Part shown: positions 39,261 to 48,821 of the stretch, in pieces
How positions within the stretch are numbered: the stretch's first letter is position 1
Layout of the letters: each line of letters starts with the position of its first letter
From: Vicinamibacterales bacterium
GTDB taxonomy: Bacteria > Acidobacteriota > Vicinamibacteria > Vicinamibacterales > JAMQPK01
Assembly (NCBI GenBank): GCA_963744405.1
Contig: CAVUTO010000008.1
Coordinates: forward strand, 25,163 to 89,162
Length of the DNA: 64,000 nt
Direction: 5' to 3'
The notes under the pieces: generated by a model
Database searches by the model: none
What the model was told of the DNA's origin: nothing
Seen by the model: the letters and a program-made list of their open reading frames with translations, nothing else
Program-made: the position numbers and the translations under genes

Positions 39261-41459
39261 GTGAGAAGGGCACTCATCGTGAGCATCGTCATCAGCTTCG
39301 GCGCGGCGTCTGCTGCGATCGCGCAAAGTGCGAACGAGGCGCTATTCGAAGCGGCACGCGCCGGCGACGTCCGCGCCATCGAGGCCGCGCTCGCTGCGGG
39401 CGCAAGTGTCAACGCGACCTCGCGGTATGACGTGACGCCGCTGATCTTCGCCGCGAGCAACGGCCGCCTCGACGCGGTCAAGTTGCTGGTCGCGCGGGGC
39501 GCGAATGTCAACGCTCAGGACAGCTTCTATCGATCGAGTGCCGCCGGAATGGCGATCGGCAACGGCCACGTCGATGTCGCGGTTTTTCTTCTCCAGAATG
39601 GCTGGGAAGGCGGCGCCGATTCCCTCGCGATCTTCGGCGTGCAGTCAGACAACGCCGCGCTCGTCAAAACTGCACTGGCGGGCAAGGTCACGCGCCAGGG
39701 TCTGCAATCCGCACTTGGCGCGGCAGAGCGGATGAAAAGAGCGGCACTCGTCCCGATCCTGAAAGCTGCGCTCGATGCGCTGCCGGCCGAACCCGCAGCC
39801 CCCGCGTTCGTGGTGGATCCGGCCATGCTCGGCCGCTACGCAGGAACTTACCGCGCGGGCACAGCGGGAATGACCATGACAGTTACTGTCCAGGAGGGGA
39901 CGCTGACCGCGCAGGTGCCCGGCCAACCGGCTTTTCGTCTCACGCCGTCGGCAGCGGGAGTGTTTCGCGTGCCGGAGGTCGGTGCGACACTCACGTTCAC
40001 CGAGCGAGGTGGGCCCGCTGAATCGATTCAGCTCGTACAAGGTCCGGCAACGATCGTCCTCGCGCGGATCACGCCTGAAGCATCCGCCTCCGCGCCGCCA
40101 TCGCCTAGCGCTACGGCGGACAAGGCGGCCGCACCTGACGCACCTAGCGCACCCAGCGCACCCAGCGCACCCGTCGCACCCAGAAATTGGCCGTCCTTTC
40201 GCGGGGAGAGCGGCGGCGGAAATGCGGACGGCCAGCGCGCGGTCACCGAGTGGGACGTCGCGAGCGGGAGGAACATCAAGTGGAAGACGCCGATACCTGG
40301 CATTGCAAACTCGAGCCCCATCACGTGGGGCAACCGCGTGTTCGTGACGACGGCAATCAGCAAAGCGGGCGATAAGAGCTTTCGAACCGGATTGTATGGC
40401 GACGTGAAGCCGGTTGAGGATCTCTCGGAGCATGAGTGGAAGGTGTACGCGCTCGACAAGGCGACCGGGAAGATCGTATGGGAGCGAACTGCATTTTCGG
40501 GAGTGCCGAAAGTCAAACGGCACACCAAGGGCACTCAGGCGAATTCCACGCCTGTCACGGATGGCCGCCGCATCGTGGCCGCGTTCGGATCGATCGGATT
40601 GCTGGTCGCATGGGATATGGACGGCAAAGAGCTGTGGCGCGCTGACCTCGGCATTCTCGACAGCGGATGGTTCTTCGATCCGGGTGTCCAGTGGGGCCAT
40701 TCGAGCTCGCCAATCATTCATGGAAACTCGGTCATCCTGCAGGCGGACATGCAGAAGGGCTCCTACATCGCCGCGTGGGATCTCGGGACTGGCAAGCAGC
40801 TCTGGAAGACGCCTCGCACGGATGAAATACCTACGTGGGGCACGCCAGCGATCGTGCGCGCACCGTCGGGACGAAGCGAACTCGTCACGAACGGAACGAA
40901 GGTACGCGGCTACGACCCGGCGACCGGTAAGTTGCTGTGGACTCTCGGCCCGAATTCTGAAGTCACGGTCGGCACGCCGGTGACCGGTCACGGACTGGTG
41001 TTCGTGACGGGCGGTTATCCGCCGGTGCGGCCGATTTACGCGATTCGGCCCGGAGCCGGCGGCGATATTTCCCTTCCAAAGGGATCCGAATCGTCCGATG
41101 CCATCGCGTGGAGCAACATGACCGACGGCACTTACATCCCGACGCCGCTCGTGTACGGAGAGTATCTGTTCACGATGAACAACAACGGCATCGTCAATGC
41201 GTACGCGGCGCAGACTGGCCAGCGCGCGTTCCGCGGTCGAATCGGCGAAGGCGGCGCATTCTCTGCGTCACCCGTCGCGGCCGACGGCCGTTTGTATGTG
41301 GCCAGCGAGGATGGCGAGATTCACGTCGTCACGGCCGGGCCTGGTCTCACGCCGATCGCCAAGAACGACATGAAAGAGGTCATCATGGCGACGCCCGCAA
41401 TTTCCGACGGCGTGATCGTCGTGCGGACGTTGGGGCACGTCTACGGGATCGGTCAGTGA
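39261..41459 (+). CDS. Secreted ankyrin-repeat + DUF3471-like + PQQ/BamB-like beta-propeller protein
   Basis: Ankyrin TPLIFAASNGRLDAVKLLV, YAGTY domain, NWPSFRG, NIKWKTPIPG..SSP, SASPVAADGRLY. Confidence 0.85.
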   Translation: MRRALIVSIVISFGAASAAIAQSANEALFEAARAGDVRAIEAALAAGASVNATSRYDVTPLIFAASNGRLDAVKLLVARGANVNAQDSFYRSSAAGMAIGNGHVDVAVFLLQNGWEGGADSLAIFGVQSDNAALVKTALAGKVTRQGLQSALGAAERMKRAALVPILKAALDALPAEPAAPAFVVDPAMLGRYAGTYRAGTAGMTMTVTVQEGTLTAQVPGQPAFRLTPSAAGVFRVPEVGATLTFTERGGPAESIQLVQGPATIVLARITPEASASAPPSPSATADKAAAPDAPSAPSAPSAPVAPRNWPSFRGESGGGNADGQRAVTEWDVASGRNIKWKTPIPGIANSSPITWGNRVFVTTAISKAGDKSFRTGLYGDVKPVEDLSEHEWKVYALDKATGKIVWERTAFSGVPKVKRHTKGTQANSTPVTDGRRIVAAFGSIGLLVAWDMDGKELWRADLGILDSGWFFDPGVQWGHSSSPIIHGNSVILQADMQKGSYIAAWDLGTGKQLWKTPRTDEIPTWGTPAIVRAPSGRSELVTNGTKVRGYDPATGKLLWTLGPNSEVTVGTPVTGHGLVFVTGGYPPVRPIYAIRPGAGGDISLPKGSESSDAIAWSNMTDGTYIPTPLVYGEYLFTMNNNGIVNAYAAQTGQRAFRGRIGEGGAFSASPVAADGRLYVASEDGEIHVVTAGPGLTPIAKNDMKEVIMATPAISDGVIVVRTLGHVYGIGQ
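40095..40181. repeat. Palindrome plus 9-bp tandem repeats encoding the interdomain linker
   Basis: CCGCCATCGCCTAGCGCTACGGCGGACAAG followed by GCACC-based 9-mers, giving PPSPSATADK...APDAPSAPSAPVAP. Confidence 0.6.
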
Positions 41460-43066
41460 AGCTGGTAATCGTGGGGATCGTAGGGATCGTGGGGATTCTC
41501 GCCCACGCCACGCCGGCCGTCGCACAAGGGGTCAGGAGGATTCAGGGCAAGGTTGTCGACGAACAAGGGCAGCCGGTCCAGGGCGCGACGATCGAGGCGG
41601 CGATCCTGGCTATCGCCGACGCCGATCTCGCGATCCGGCGCACCGATCAGACATGGTCAACGCGTACGAACTCGAACGGAAGTTACGTCATCATCGTGCC
41701 GCAGGCGGGCGCGTATCTCGTGACCGCGACGAAAGACGGCATCGGCATCGACCGTGTCAAGGTCACCGTAGGTCGGACTGGTCTCGTCCTCGCCAACCTG
41801 ACGCTGTTGAGGGCTCCAACGTCCGGACGCGCAGCAAAGACGTGCGGGACGAGCCGCTCGATTGGCGCGTTCGCGAGCAGCCCGCGTGCGACCGGCGCGG
41901 CTCCGAGTCTCGCGCGCCTGTTGGGGTGGCTCGAGGCCGTGCAGATTCATACGCCGGGCTGCGGCGATGCGCCGGCGATCGACGTGGCCCAGTGGCCTCC
42001 TCTCGATCTCGTCGCGCTGTTGCGCGATGTGAGAGAGCTCGCGACGTTCCTGAACCGGGCGTACGATGAGCGCCAGGAGCACGGAGGACGAGCGGAGCGC
42101 GATCAGTTAGTCTTCGTTGCCTACGATCGCCGTTTCACACTCGACGAACTGCAGCGCGATTTTTATGGCGGCCGCGAGATGCGGGCAAACGAGGTGCTGC
42201 ACCGCGGCGCAATTCTTCATGCCGACATCGGCATGTTCGTGCCGGGAAATCTGGGCCGCTTTCCACTCGTCGAAGACGGAGGCCGGCGTGGCTGGCGCAG
42301 CGGGTCGTCGCACTGGGAGGCCGGACGTCAGGTGCTCGACAGCATCAGCCCTGCGGCGAGCGCCGACGCCGGCGCTCTGCTCTGGTATCGGGCCGTCTCG
42401 GCGTATCTTTTCCGTGCAGGCAATCTTGCCGAGCTGATGACGCATCTGAATCGAGGTCGGCAAGTCTTCCCGCAGAGTCCTGACCTCTTGTTCGACAGCG
42501 CCTGCCTGCATCAGGAGCTGTCGTCACCGTCGGTGCAGGCATCGGTTCAGCAGCTGCGAGCGGATGACGTGAGCGTGGGCGTCGATTCGCGTCGAGCGGA
42601 GCTGCAGCGCGCGGAGAGATTCTTTCGCGAGGCCCTGATGCGCGCGCCGGATGACGCTGACGGCCGGATTCGATTCGGGCACACGCTCGGGGAACTCGGA
42701 CGGCACAGCGAGGCTGCCGTCGAACTGCGGCGGGCGATCGAAGCCACGGCCGATCGACAGCGCCTGTACCTGGCCGAGCTGTTCCTCGGCCGCGAAGAAG
42801 AAGCGCTCGGCCGCCATGCCGAGGCCAAGCGGTCGTACGAGCGCGCCGGAAACTTGTATCCGAACGCACAGTCGCCGCGGCTCGCGGTGAGCCGGCTCGC
42901 CCGGCAGGTTGGCGATCGGGCGAGCGCACAGCAGGCACTGCGCGGCCTGATCGGCGAAACCGGCGTCGCACGGGTCGACCCATGGTGGGAATTCTACGAG
43001 CACCATAAAGACGACACGGACGCCTTGCTGAAACGCATGTGGGGCACGGCCGACAACACCAGGTGA
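41456..43066 (+). CDS. Carboxypeptidase-regulatory-like domain + TPR protein
   Basis: GTG overlaps the upstream stop; IQGKVVDEQGQPVQGATI, C-terminal TPRs, DPWWEFY. Confidence 0.78.
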   Translation: MKLVIVGIVGIVGILAHATPAVAQGVRRIQGKVVDEQGQPVQGATIEAAILAIADADLAIRRTDQTWSTRTNSNGSYVIIVPQAGAYLVTATKDGIGIDRVKVTVGRTGLVLANLTLLRAPTSGRAAKTCGTSRSIGAFASSPRATGAAPSLARLLGWLEAVQIHTPGCGDAPAIDVAQWPPLDLVALLRDVRELATFLNRAYDERQEHGGRAERDQLVFVAYDRRFTLDELQRDFYGGREMRANEVLHRGAILHADIGMFVPGNLGRFPLVEDGGRRGWRSGSSHWEAGRQVLDSISPAASADAGALLWYRAVSAYLFRAGNLAELMTHLNRGRQVFPQSPDLLFDSACLHQELSSPSVQASVQQLRADDVSVGVDSRRAELQRAERFFREALMRAPDDADGRIRFGHTLGELGRHSEAAVELRRAIEATADRQRLYLAELFLGREEEALGRHAEAKRSYERAGNLYPNAQSPRLAVSRLARQVGDRASAQQALRGLIGETGVARVDPWWEFYEHHKDDTDALLKRMWGTADNTR

Positions 43067-43069
43067 AAA

Positions 43070-44233
43070 ATGATGAAACTCACGCTCATGCGCCGCGCCG
43101 TTGTTCTCTGCTTCTCGGTCACGTTTACCGCGCTCGCCCAGCAGAACATGACCGTCTTCGAAGACCTCACGTCGCTCGTCCTGTCGAACGACAAGATCGC
43201 GCTGACGGTCATCGCCGAAGGCGGCGCCATGGGGCAGATCGTTCTCGCGGATGACAAGGACAAGATCAACCCGCTGTGGAATCCCTATTGGATTGCGCGT
43301 CAGGCGGGACTCCAGCGCCCGACGAGCTTTTTCCGCGGCCACTTCGTCTGCCTCGATGGATTCGGGCCGTCCTCGACCGAAGAGCGCGACGCGGGCATGC
43401 CGTTTCACGGCGAGGCGCCGACGCTGACGTGGCAGCTCCGGACGTACCAGAAAAAAGCCGCTATGCAGAGCGCCGAGTTTTTCGTGACGCTGCCCCTTGC
43501 TCAGGAAACGTTGACGCGCACCTATCACGTCGTCGACGGCGAGAACATCGTGTGGGTCGACAGTGCGCTCACCAGCCTGTTGGCGTTCGACCGTCCCGCA
43601 TTCTGGGGCGAGCATGCGACGATCAGCGCACCCTTCCTCGAGCCGGGCAAGGTCGCCGTCGACATGTCCATATCACGGTCGAGGACAAAGGCCGTTGCTG
43701 CGGAGGCGAAGCCGCCGCGACAACTGCGCTCGTTCGTGGATTTCACCTGGCCCATGGCGCCGATGGTCGACGGCCAGCAATTCGACCTGCGCACCGCGCC
43801 GTTGAAAGCGGGGACGACCGAGCACGTGACCTCGCTCGTCGATCCGTCGAGACGGCTTGGGTTCGCTACCGCGCTTCATCCTGAAAGGCGGCTGCTCATT
43901 GGTTGGGTCTTTCGCCGCGAGGAGTTCCCCTGGGTGCAGACGTGGCTGTCGAATCCGGGACCGAACCGCATGGCTCGCGGCCTCGAGTTCGCCACGCAGC
44001 CATACGATCTGCCGCGCGCGGAGGTGTTGAGAAACGGCCCGCTCTTCGACTCGCCTGTTTTCCGGATTCTGCCGGCGAAGTCCCGGATCACCTCGAGCTT
44101 CCTGATGTTCTACACGCAGGTGCCCGAGGGATTCCTGAAGGTCGATGACGTACAGCTCGGCGACGGCAAGCTCGTCATCGAGGATCGCGCCAACAAGAAG
44201 ACGGTTGCGCTCGCGGCGTCGCGGTCGCTGTAA
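43070..44233 (+). CDS. Secreted hypothetical protein, possible galactose-mutarotase/aldose-epimerase-like fold
   Basis: Signal peptide; GHFVCLDGFGP, PFHGEA, WGEHAT, RGLEF resemble mutarotase-like supersandwich proteins. Confidence 0.6.
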   Translation: MMKLTLMRRAVVLCFSVTFTALAQQNMTVFEDLTSLVLSNDKIALTVIAEGGAMGQIVLADDKDKINPLWNPYWIARQAGLQRPTSFFRGHFVCLDGFGPSSTEERDAGMPFHGEAPTLTWQLRTYQKKAAMQSAEFFVTLPLAQETLTRTYHVVDGENIVWVDSALTSLLAFDRPAFWGEHATISAPFLEPGKVAVDMSISRSRTKAVAAEAKPPRQLRSFVDFTWPMAPMVDGQQFDLRTAPLKAGTTEHVTSLVDPSRRLGFATALHPERRLLIGWVFRREEFPWVQTWLSNPGPNRMARGLEFATQPYDLPRAEVLRNGPLFDSPVFRILPAKSRITSSFLMFYTQVPEGFLKVDDVQLGDGKLVIEDRANKKTVALAASRSL

Positions 44234-44272
44234 TCACTCGCAGATTCTCAACTCTGCGCGTAAAGCTGACGC

Positions 44273-44389
44273 TTATTTCTGGTGGCGTCGCTGCTGTCGG
44301 CGGGCCCACCAGTCGAGCGAGGTGATGACGCCAGCAACGAGTGCAATGCCGCCCAGCATGATGAAAATTCCGACTTCGTTCTCGTTCAT
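44273..44389 (-). CDS. 38-aa single-pass membrane microprotein (absent from the ORF track)
   Basis: MNENEVGIFIMLGGIALVAGVITSLDWWARRQQRRHQK; ATG overlaps the upstream stop (ATGA) with GGAGG before it. Confidence 0.6.
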   Translation of the reverse strand: MNENEVGIFIMLGGIALVAGVITSLDWWARRQQRRHQK

Positions 44390-44586
44390 CTGCGCGATCC
44401 TCCAGCCAGCGCCAGTGAACACCAACCAACGAAAAACCAGATTAGAACGCCTGTGATCGCCAACATGGCCGAAAAAGGCCGCTCGGCGAGAGCCTGACCA
44501 AAGACGAGTGCGCCTGCGGCCACGTTCGCCATATCGGAAAGCTTGTCCGCAGCCAGGGCTCGTTGGCCCTCATTCAAGGGTAGCAT
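44386..44586 (-). CDS. 66-aa two-helix membrane protein
   Basis: LAADKLSDMANVAAGALVFGQ...AMLAITGVLIWFFVGWCSLAL. Confidence 0.62.
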   Translation of the reverse strand: MLPLNEGQRALAADKLSDMANVAAGALVFGQALAERPFSAMLAITGVLIWFFVGWCSLALAGGSRR

Positions 44587-44599
44587 CGTCGCGGGCTTG

Positions 44600-44615
44600 A
44601 GCGAAAACGATGCCA
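44600..44615 (-). promoter_or_regulatory. Putative sigma54 -24/-12 promoter
   Basis: Minus strand TGGCATCGTTTTCGCT (GG-N10-GC); the -12 C is 15 nt from the ATG. Confidence 0.55.
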
Positions 44616-44727
44616 GGGCTCAAGACGGGCAGAATCGAGCGACTGAGCGGCCTCGTGCATTGCTTGCTCGCAGAATTTGACACGCAAAATCTGTGGCCGA
44701 TCGTAGAATCTGCATACTCCCGACACC

Positions 44728-45686
44728 TTGTCCTTAGCGCCCGGCGTTCGACTCGGCGCTTATGAGATTCTCGCCGCTATTGGCGCGGGCGGCATGGGCG
44801 AGGTGTATCGCGCCCGCGATACCAAGCTGGATCGCGACGTCGCCATCAAGGTGCTGCCGGACGTGTTCGCCGGCGATCCCGATCGGGTCGCGCGCTTTCA
44901 GCGCGAAGCCAAGACACTCGCCTCTTTGAATCATCCGCACATCGGCGCCATTTACGGCTTCGAAGATGCAGGCGCCGTCAAGGCGCTCGTGCTCGAGCTC
45001 GTCGAAGGCCCGACGCTCGCGGATCGCATTGCACAGGGATCGATTCCAGTCGACGAAGCGCAGGCGATCGCTCGACAGATCGTCGATGCGCTCGAAGCCG
45101 CGCATGAGCAGGGCATCATCCATCGCGATCTGAAGCCAGCCAACATCAAGCTCCGGCCCGACGGCGCAGTCAAGGTGCTCGACTTCGGCCTCGCAAAGGC
45201 GCTCGATAGCAATGCCGTTTCCGGTAGTGTCCGCCTTCACCCCTCGACTTACGCTCGGGGTGCCCTGAGCCCGGTCGAATGGCAGGCGGACCTCTCTGCC
45301 TCACCCACGATCACGAGTCCGATCGCCATGAGCGGCGTCGGCGTGCTGCTGGGCACCGCTGCGTACATGGCTCCCGAACAGGCACGAGGCAAACCGGTCG
45401 ACAAGCGCGCCGACATCTGGGCGTTCGGCTGCGTGCTGTACCAGATGCTCACGGGCACGCGACCCTTCGATGGCGAGGACGTGTCGCGTTCAGTCCCAGC
45501 ACACCCGAAGTTCTGTTGAGAGGTCCTTACTTCTGGGGCGGCGTCGGAAACGGCAGAAGTTTCGACGTCGCTCCGGATGGTCGTTTTCTCATGATCAAGG
45601 GCGCTGTAGAATCCAGCCAATCGCAAACGATCATGGTCGTACTCAATTGGTTCGAGGAGCTGAAGCGCCTGGTACCAGCAAAGTGA
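44728..45686 (+). pseudogene. Ser/Thr kinase-PD40 protein with a large internal deletion
   Basis: Kinase intact to DIWAFGCVLYQMLTGTRPFDGEDVS, then joined out of frame to the family's extreme C-terminus (FDVAPDGRFLMIK...VVLNWFEELKRLVP). Confidence 0.8.
45224..45291. repeat. GTAG REP containing a 45-bp nested palindromic insert, in frame within the kinase
   Basis: GTAGTGTCCGCCTTCA + CCCCTCGACTTACGCTCGGGGTGCCCTGAGCCCGGTCGAATGGCA + GGCGGAC. Confidence 0.72.
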
Positions 45687-45733
45687 TCGGTTCGCGTAGA
45701 ATTCAGGCGCCTCGAGCGGGGGCGCAATCGACG

Positions 45734-46132
45734 CTACGGCTTCACGCGCATCACTCCGGGAAACCCGTCGAAGCCCGAGTCGAAGCTCATGATCCGCTCG
45801 ACGCCGTGCATCTCCATCACAGCGAGGTGCACCGCATCCCTGGCTGACATTCCCTTCGATCCGAGCACAATCGCCTTCGCCCGATCGAGACCGCCGCGAT
45901 CGATCGAAAACACCTCGTCCACGACTCCGAGGAGCGCATCGAAGGCCGCCTGGATCGCATCACGACGATCGATCGCAACGTAGCGGTGGAGAATCTCCTG
46001 AAGCACTTCGGCGTCAGTGACCAGGCGCTCGCGGGCGGCAACTGCCGCTTCCAGCAATTGCCGGGCGTCGGCCTTATGGGGATGCGCGGCACCGACCAGG
46101 TACATTGGAATGTTCGAGTCGATGAAGATCAT
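45734..46132 (-). CDS. vapC: VapC-family PIN domain toxin
   Basis: [37 protein letters not shown]. Confidence 0.9.
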   Translation of the reverse strand: MIFIDSNIPMYLVGAAHPHKADARQLLEAAVAARERLVTDAEVLQEILHRYVAIDRRDAIQAAFDALLGVVDEVFSIDRGGLDRAKAIVLGSKGMSARDAVHLAVMEMHGVERIMSFDSGFDGFPGVMRVKP

Positions 46133-46385
46133 CGCGGGGACGTCCCAGGTACCCCCGTTCAATCTCTTCCAGCATCTGGTCGATGTCGGCGATCGGGAAC
46201 GTGTGACTCGCCGCCGCCCGGATGACGTCGAGCTTCTTGGCGGCGCTGGACCCGGGCGTGCGCGCGCGGGCGGCGCGAAGGGCCTGCCGCACCCACTCGG
46301 CGACCGTGACGCGACTGGCCCGCGCCGCCCGCTGCACTTCGCGCCACTCCGGCTCGTCGAGCAGTACCTGGAGTCGCTTGCTCAT
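46074..46385 (-). CDS. Ribbon-helix-helix antitoxin (VapB-like)
   Basis: [14 protein letters not shown]...[10 protein letters not shown], directly upstream of vapC. The true stop is probably the ATGA overlap near 46129 (suspected 1-nt error). Confidence 0.78.
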   Translation of the reverse strand: MSKRLQVLLDEPEWREVQRAARASRVTVAEWVRQALRAARARTPGSSAAKKLDVIRAAASHTFPIADIDQMLEEIERGYLGRPRDDLHRLEHSNVPGRCRASP

Positions 46386-46458
46386 GAGATGAGTGTATTT
46401 GACTCATGGTGATGAGTCAATCGGCTCGAAGGCAGGCGCTCGCGGTAGTATTGTCGCC

Positions 46459-47175
46459 GTGACCTGGCCGGCGATGGCTGCAGTAACCCTCGTGATGACG
46501 ACCTCCGCCATTCTTCAAGGCGCGGTCGGCTTCGGCCTTGGGCTCATCGCCATTCCGTTTCTGATCTACCTCGACCTGCGATTCGTTCCTGGTCCATTGC
46601 TCGTCGCGGCGTTGACGCTGCACATGCTCGTGCTGCAGCGCGATCGCAGCGGCGTCGACAAGTCCGGGCTGACGATGCTCCTCAGCGGACGCGTGCTCGG
46701 CACGGTTCCCGCCGCGCTGCTGCTCGCATCGCTGCCCCTCGACAGCATGAAGATTCTGCTCGCGGCCGTCGTGCTCGCAGGCGCGTTGATGGGTTTGCTG
46801 CACCCAGGCGGACATCCAACCCGCCGCGTCCTCTTTGTGGCGGGCGCCGCGTCCGGTTTCATGGCCACTGCCGCGGGGCTCGGCGGACCGCCGGTGGCGC
46901 TGGTCTATCAGCGGGAGTCAGGCCTGCGTCTGCGCGGCACGCTCGCCGCGTATTTCATCGTGGGAACCGTGTTATCGCTCGTCGCGCTCGCGTGGGCTGG
47001 ACGATTCGGTTCAGAGGAACTCAGATTGTCGGCTTTTCTGATTCCTGGAACGGTGATCGGCTACTTCATGTCGCGGCCCGCCGCCGCCTACCTCGACGGT
47101 GGTCGCACAAGAGCGGCGGTGCTCGCCGTCTCTATACTTGCGGCGGTCAGCGTCATCGTCACCGTGCTCTTGTGA
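46459..47175 (+). CDS. TauE/SafE family sulfite exporter
   Basis: LQGAVGFGLGLIAIP, GLGGPPVAL, LRGTLAAYF; multi-TM. Start uncertain. Confidence 0.82.
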   Translation: MTWPAMAAVTLVMTTSAILQGAVGFGLGLIAIPFLIYLDLRFVPGPLLVAALTLHMLVLQRDRSGVDKSGLTMLLSGRVLGTVPAALLLASLPLDSMKILLAAVVLAGALMGLLHPGGHPTRRVLFVAGAASGFMATAAGLGGPPVALVYQRESGLRLRGTLAAYFIVGTVLSLVALAWAGRFGSEELRLSAFLIPGTVIGYFMSRPAAAYLDGGRTRAAVLAVSILAAVSVIVTVLL

Positions 47176-47223
47176 GATTCGTTCTCGGCGGCCAACCTCT
47201 CGCGGCGTGCCAGCAGCGCTCGT

Positions 47224-47460
47224 CTACGACTCGGGCATCGAACATGCGCCAGGTCCGCGGGGATCGCCGCAACTTCCGCATGGGGCCGGCGACGAGCGCA
47301 TTCTGGGAGAAGAAGCAGAAGAAGATGCGACGGCGAACGTCGACAGAAGGCGTTCGAGATCGGCGCTGTTACACGCTGGGCATTCCTGTGCCGTCGATCC
47401 GTAGACGATCTTTTCGAATCTGGTTCCACAGCCGCGGCAGGCGTATTCGTAAATCGGCAT
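47224..47460 (-). CDS. FmdB-family zinc ribbon protein
   Basis: MPIYEYACRGCGTRFE...CPACNS..LERLLS...CGSCGDPRGPGAC. Confidence 0.88.
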   Translation of the reverse strand: MPIYEYACRGCGTRFEKIVYGSTAQECPACNSADLERLLSTFAVASSSASSPRMRSSPAPCGSCGDPRGPGACSMPES

Positions 47461-47552
47461 TCTGGTTTCCTCATTATCGGCCCAAAAGCGGGACCCGCTC
47501 AATACAAGTCTGCGTCCCAGCGTCTCCGCGGTGGGGTCGAAAGAAAAAAGGT

Positions 47553-48740
47553 TCAGTTCGCAGTGCGAGTGTCTCGCGCCGCAGCTCGGGGCGGTTTGCG
47601 CGATGACACGTACGCCGCGATCGCCACCAGGTCTTCCCCGTTCAGGTTCGCTATGGCCTGTTTCATCAATTGGACAGCGGGGGCGTTGCGTGTTCCCTGC
47701 TGAATGTCCCAGACCTGCCTGACGATGTAACTTGGCGATCGCCCCGCGATCGGCGGCACGTCTGCGACACCCATCAGGTCGAGCCCATGGCACGTCACGC
47801 ACGGTGTCGTCTTCCCCTGAATGATTTCGTTGCCGACGATGCGCATACCGCCGGTCGTGACGAGGTCGCGTCCTTTCTCGACGCTGCCGGGAGGCACGTA
47901 CGCGATGAATCCCGAGCGCGGACTCCTGAGCGTCTCCGCCTGCTCGACGTCCTCGGGCACTTCGATGATGCGGCCGGCGATGGGTTCGGTCCTTTCCTTC
48001 TCGGTCGGCAGAAAGAGATTTCCGACGATGCGCGTCTTCGGAACCGTGTCGCTCTCGACGACGCGAATCCACGGCGTCCATTTGATCGCGGCAAAATATT
48101 CCGCCGACAGGCGCATTTCTTCGTCGGTCATGACCTTCGCCAGCTCGATCATCGTGTTCGTGTTCGGCTTGCGGGGATCGGCCGATCGCCGCAGGCCATT
48201 ACGGAAGTCCTGGAGCTGCCGCATGAAGTACGCGACGGGCAGCCCCGCCGGCGGCGCGTTCTCCGGACGTCCTTTGCCGTTCGGAAGATGGCACGAGCCG
48301 CATCCTCGCGCGGTGTTGCCGGTGCCGGCAGAGGGGCCGTTCTTGATGATGGGCGGCATCGGCGACGGATGGTCCTGCGGAAACCAGTCGATCACGTTGT
48401 GGCCGTCGCGCACGTCCACGAGCGAGTAGGTCGCGCGGCTGCCGCGCGCCTGGCGGGCCCGCGTCTGCTCGGCAGGATCCTCGTTCGGCCGGAGATCTCT
48501 AGTAGGCGCCGCCTGCGCCGGCGCGATGTCGCCGGCTTTGGCCACGGTTTCAAACCCGTAGGCCCAGAGCGGCTCGCGGTCGAAAGGAATTGCAGGTGGA
48601 GGCGCCGGCTTTGGCGCGGTGGGGGTTTCTGCGACTGCGGGCGGCGCGGCCGCTCGCCGCGAATCGTCGTACCGCTGATATGCGATACCCAATGCAAAGC
48701 CGATCACGCCGACGAGCGCGGTGCCGAGAAATCGCTTCAC
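47553..48740 (-). CDS. Di-heme cytochrome c4/c553-like protein
   Basis: CGSCH and CVTCH heme motifs, GRPENA...YFMRQLQDFRNG, GRSPSYIVRQ; N-terminal signal/anchor. Confidence 0.85.
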   Translation of the reverse strand: MKRFLGTALVGVIGFALGIAYQRYDDSRRAAAPPAVAETPTAPKPAPPPAIPFDREPLWAYGFETVAKAGDIAPAQAAPTRDLRPNEDPAEQTRARQARGSRATYSLVDVRDGHNVIDWFPQDHPSPMPPIIKNGPSAGTGNTARGCGSCHLPNGKGRPENAPPAGLPVAYFMRQLQDFRNGLRRSADPRKPNTNTMIELAKVMTDEEMRLSAEYFAAIKWTPWIRVVESDTVPKTRIVGNLFLPTEKERTEPIAGRIIEVPEDVEQAETLRSPRSGFIAYVPPGSVEKGRDLVTTGGMRIVGNEIIQGKTTPCVTCHGLDLMGVADVPPIAGRSPSYIVRQVWDIQQGTRNAPAVQLMKQAIANLNGEDLVAIAAYVSSRKPPRAAARDTRTAN

Positions 48741-48821
48741 AGTGCCTCCGTGCGGCGTATTCTACCGCGCCCTTCGTTGGCTTCATGGCTTCGCGCTCTT
48801 CGTGTGTTCGTGCCTTCCTGG

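Noticed and set aside
44677-44712. TTGACA...TAGAAT promoter before the kinase pseudogene
   Set aside because: The spacer is about 21 bp, too long for sigma70.
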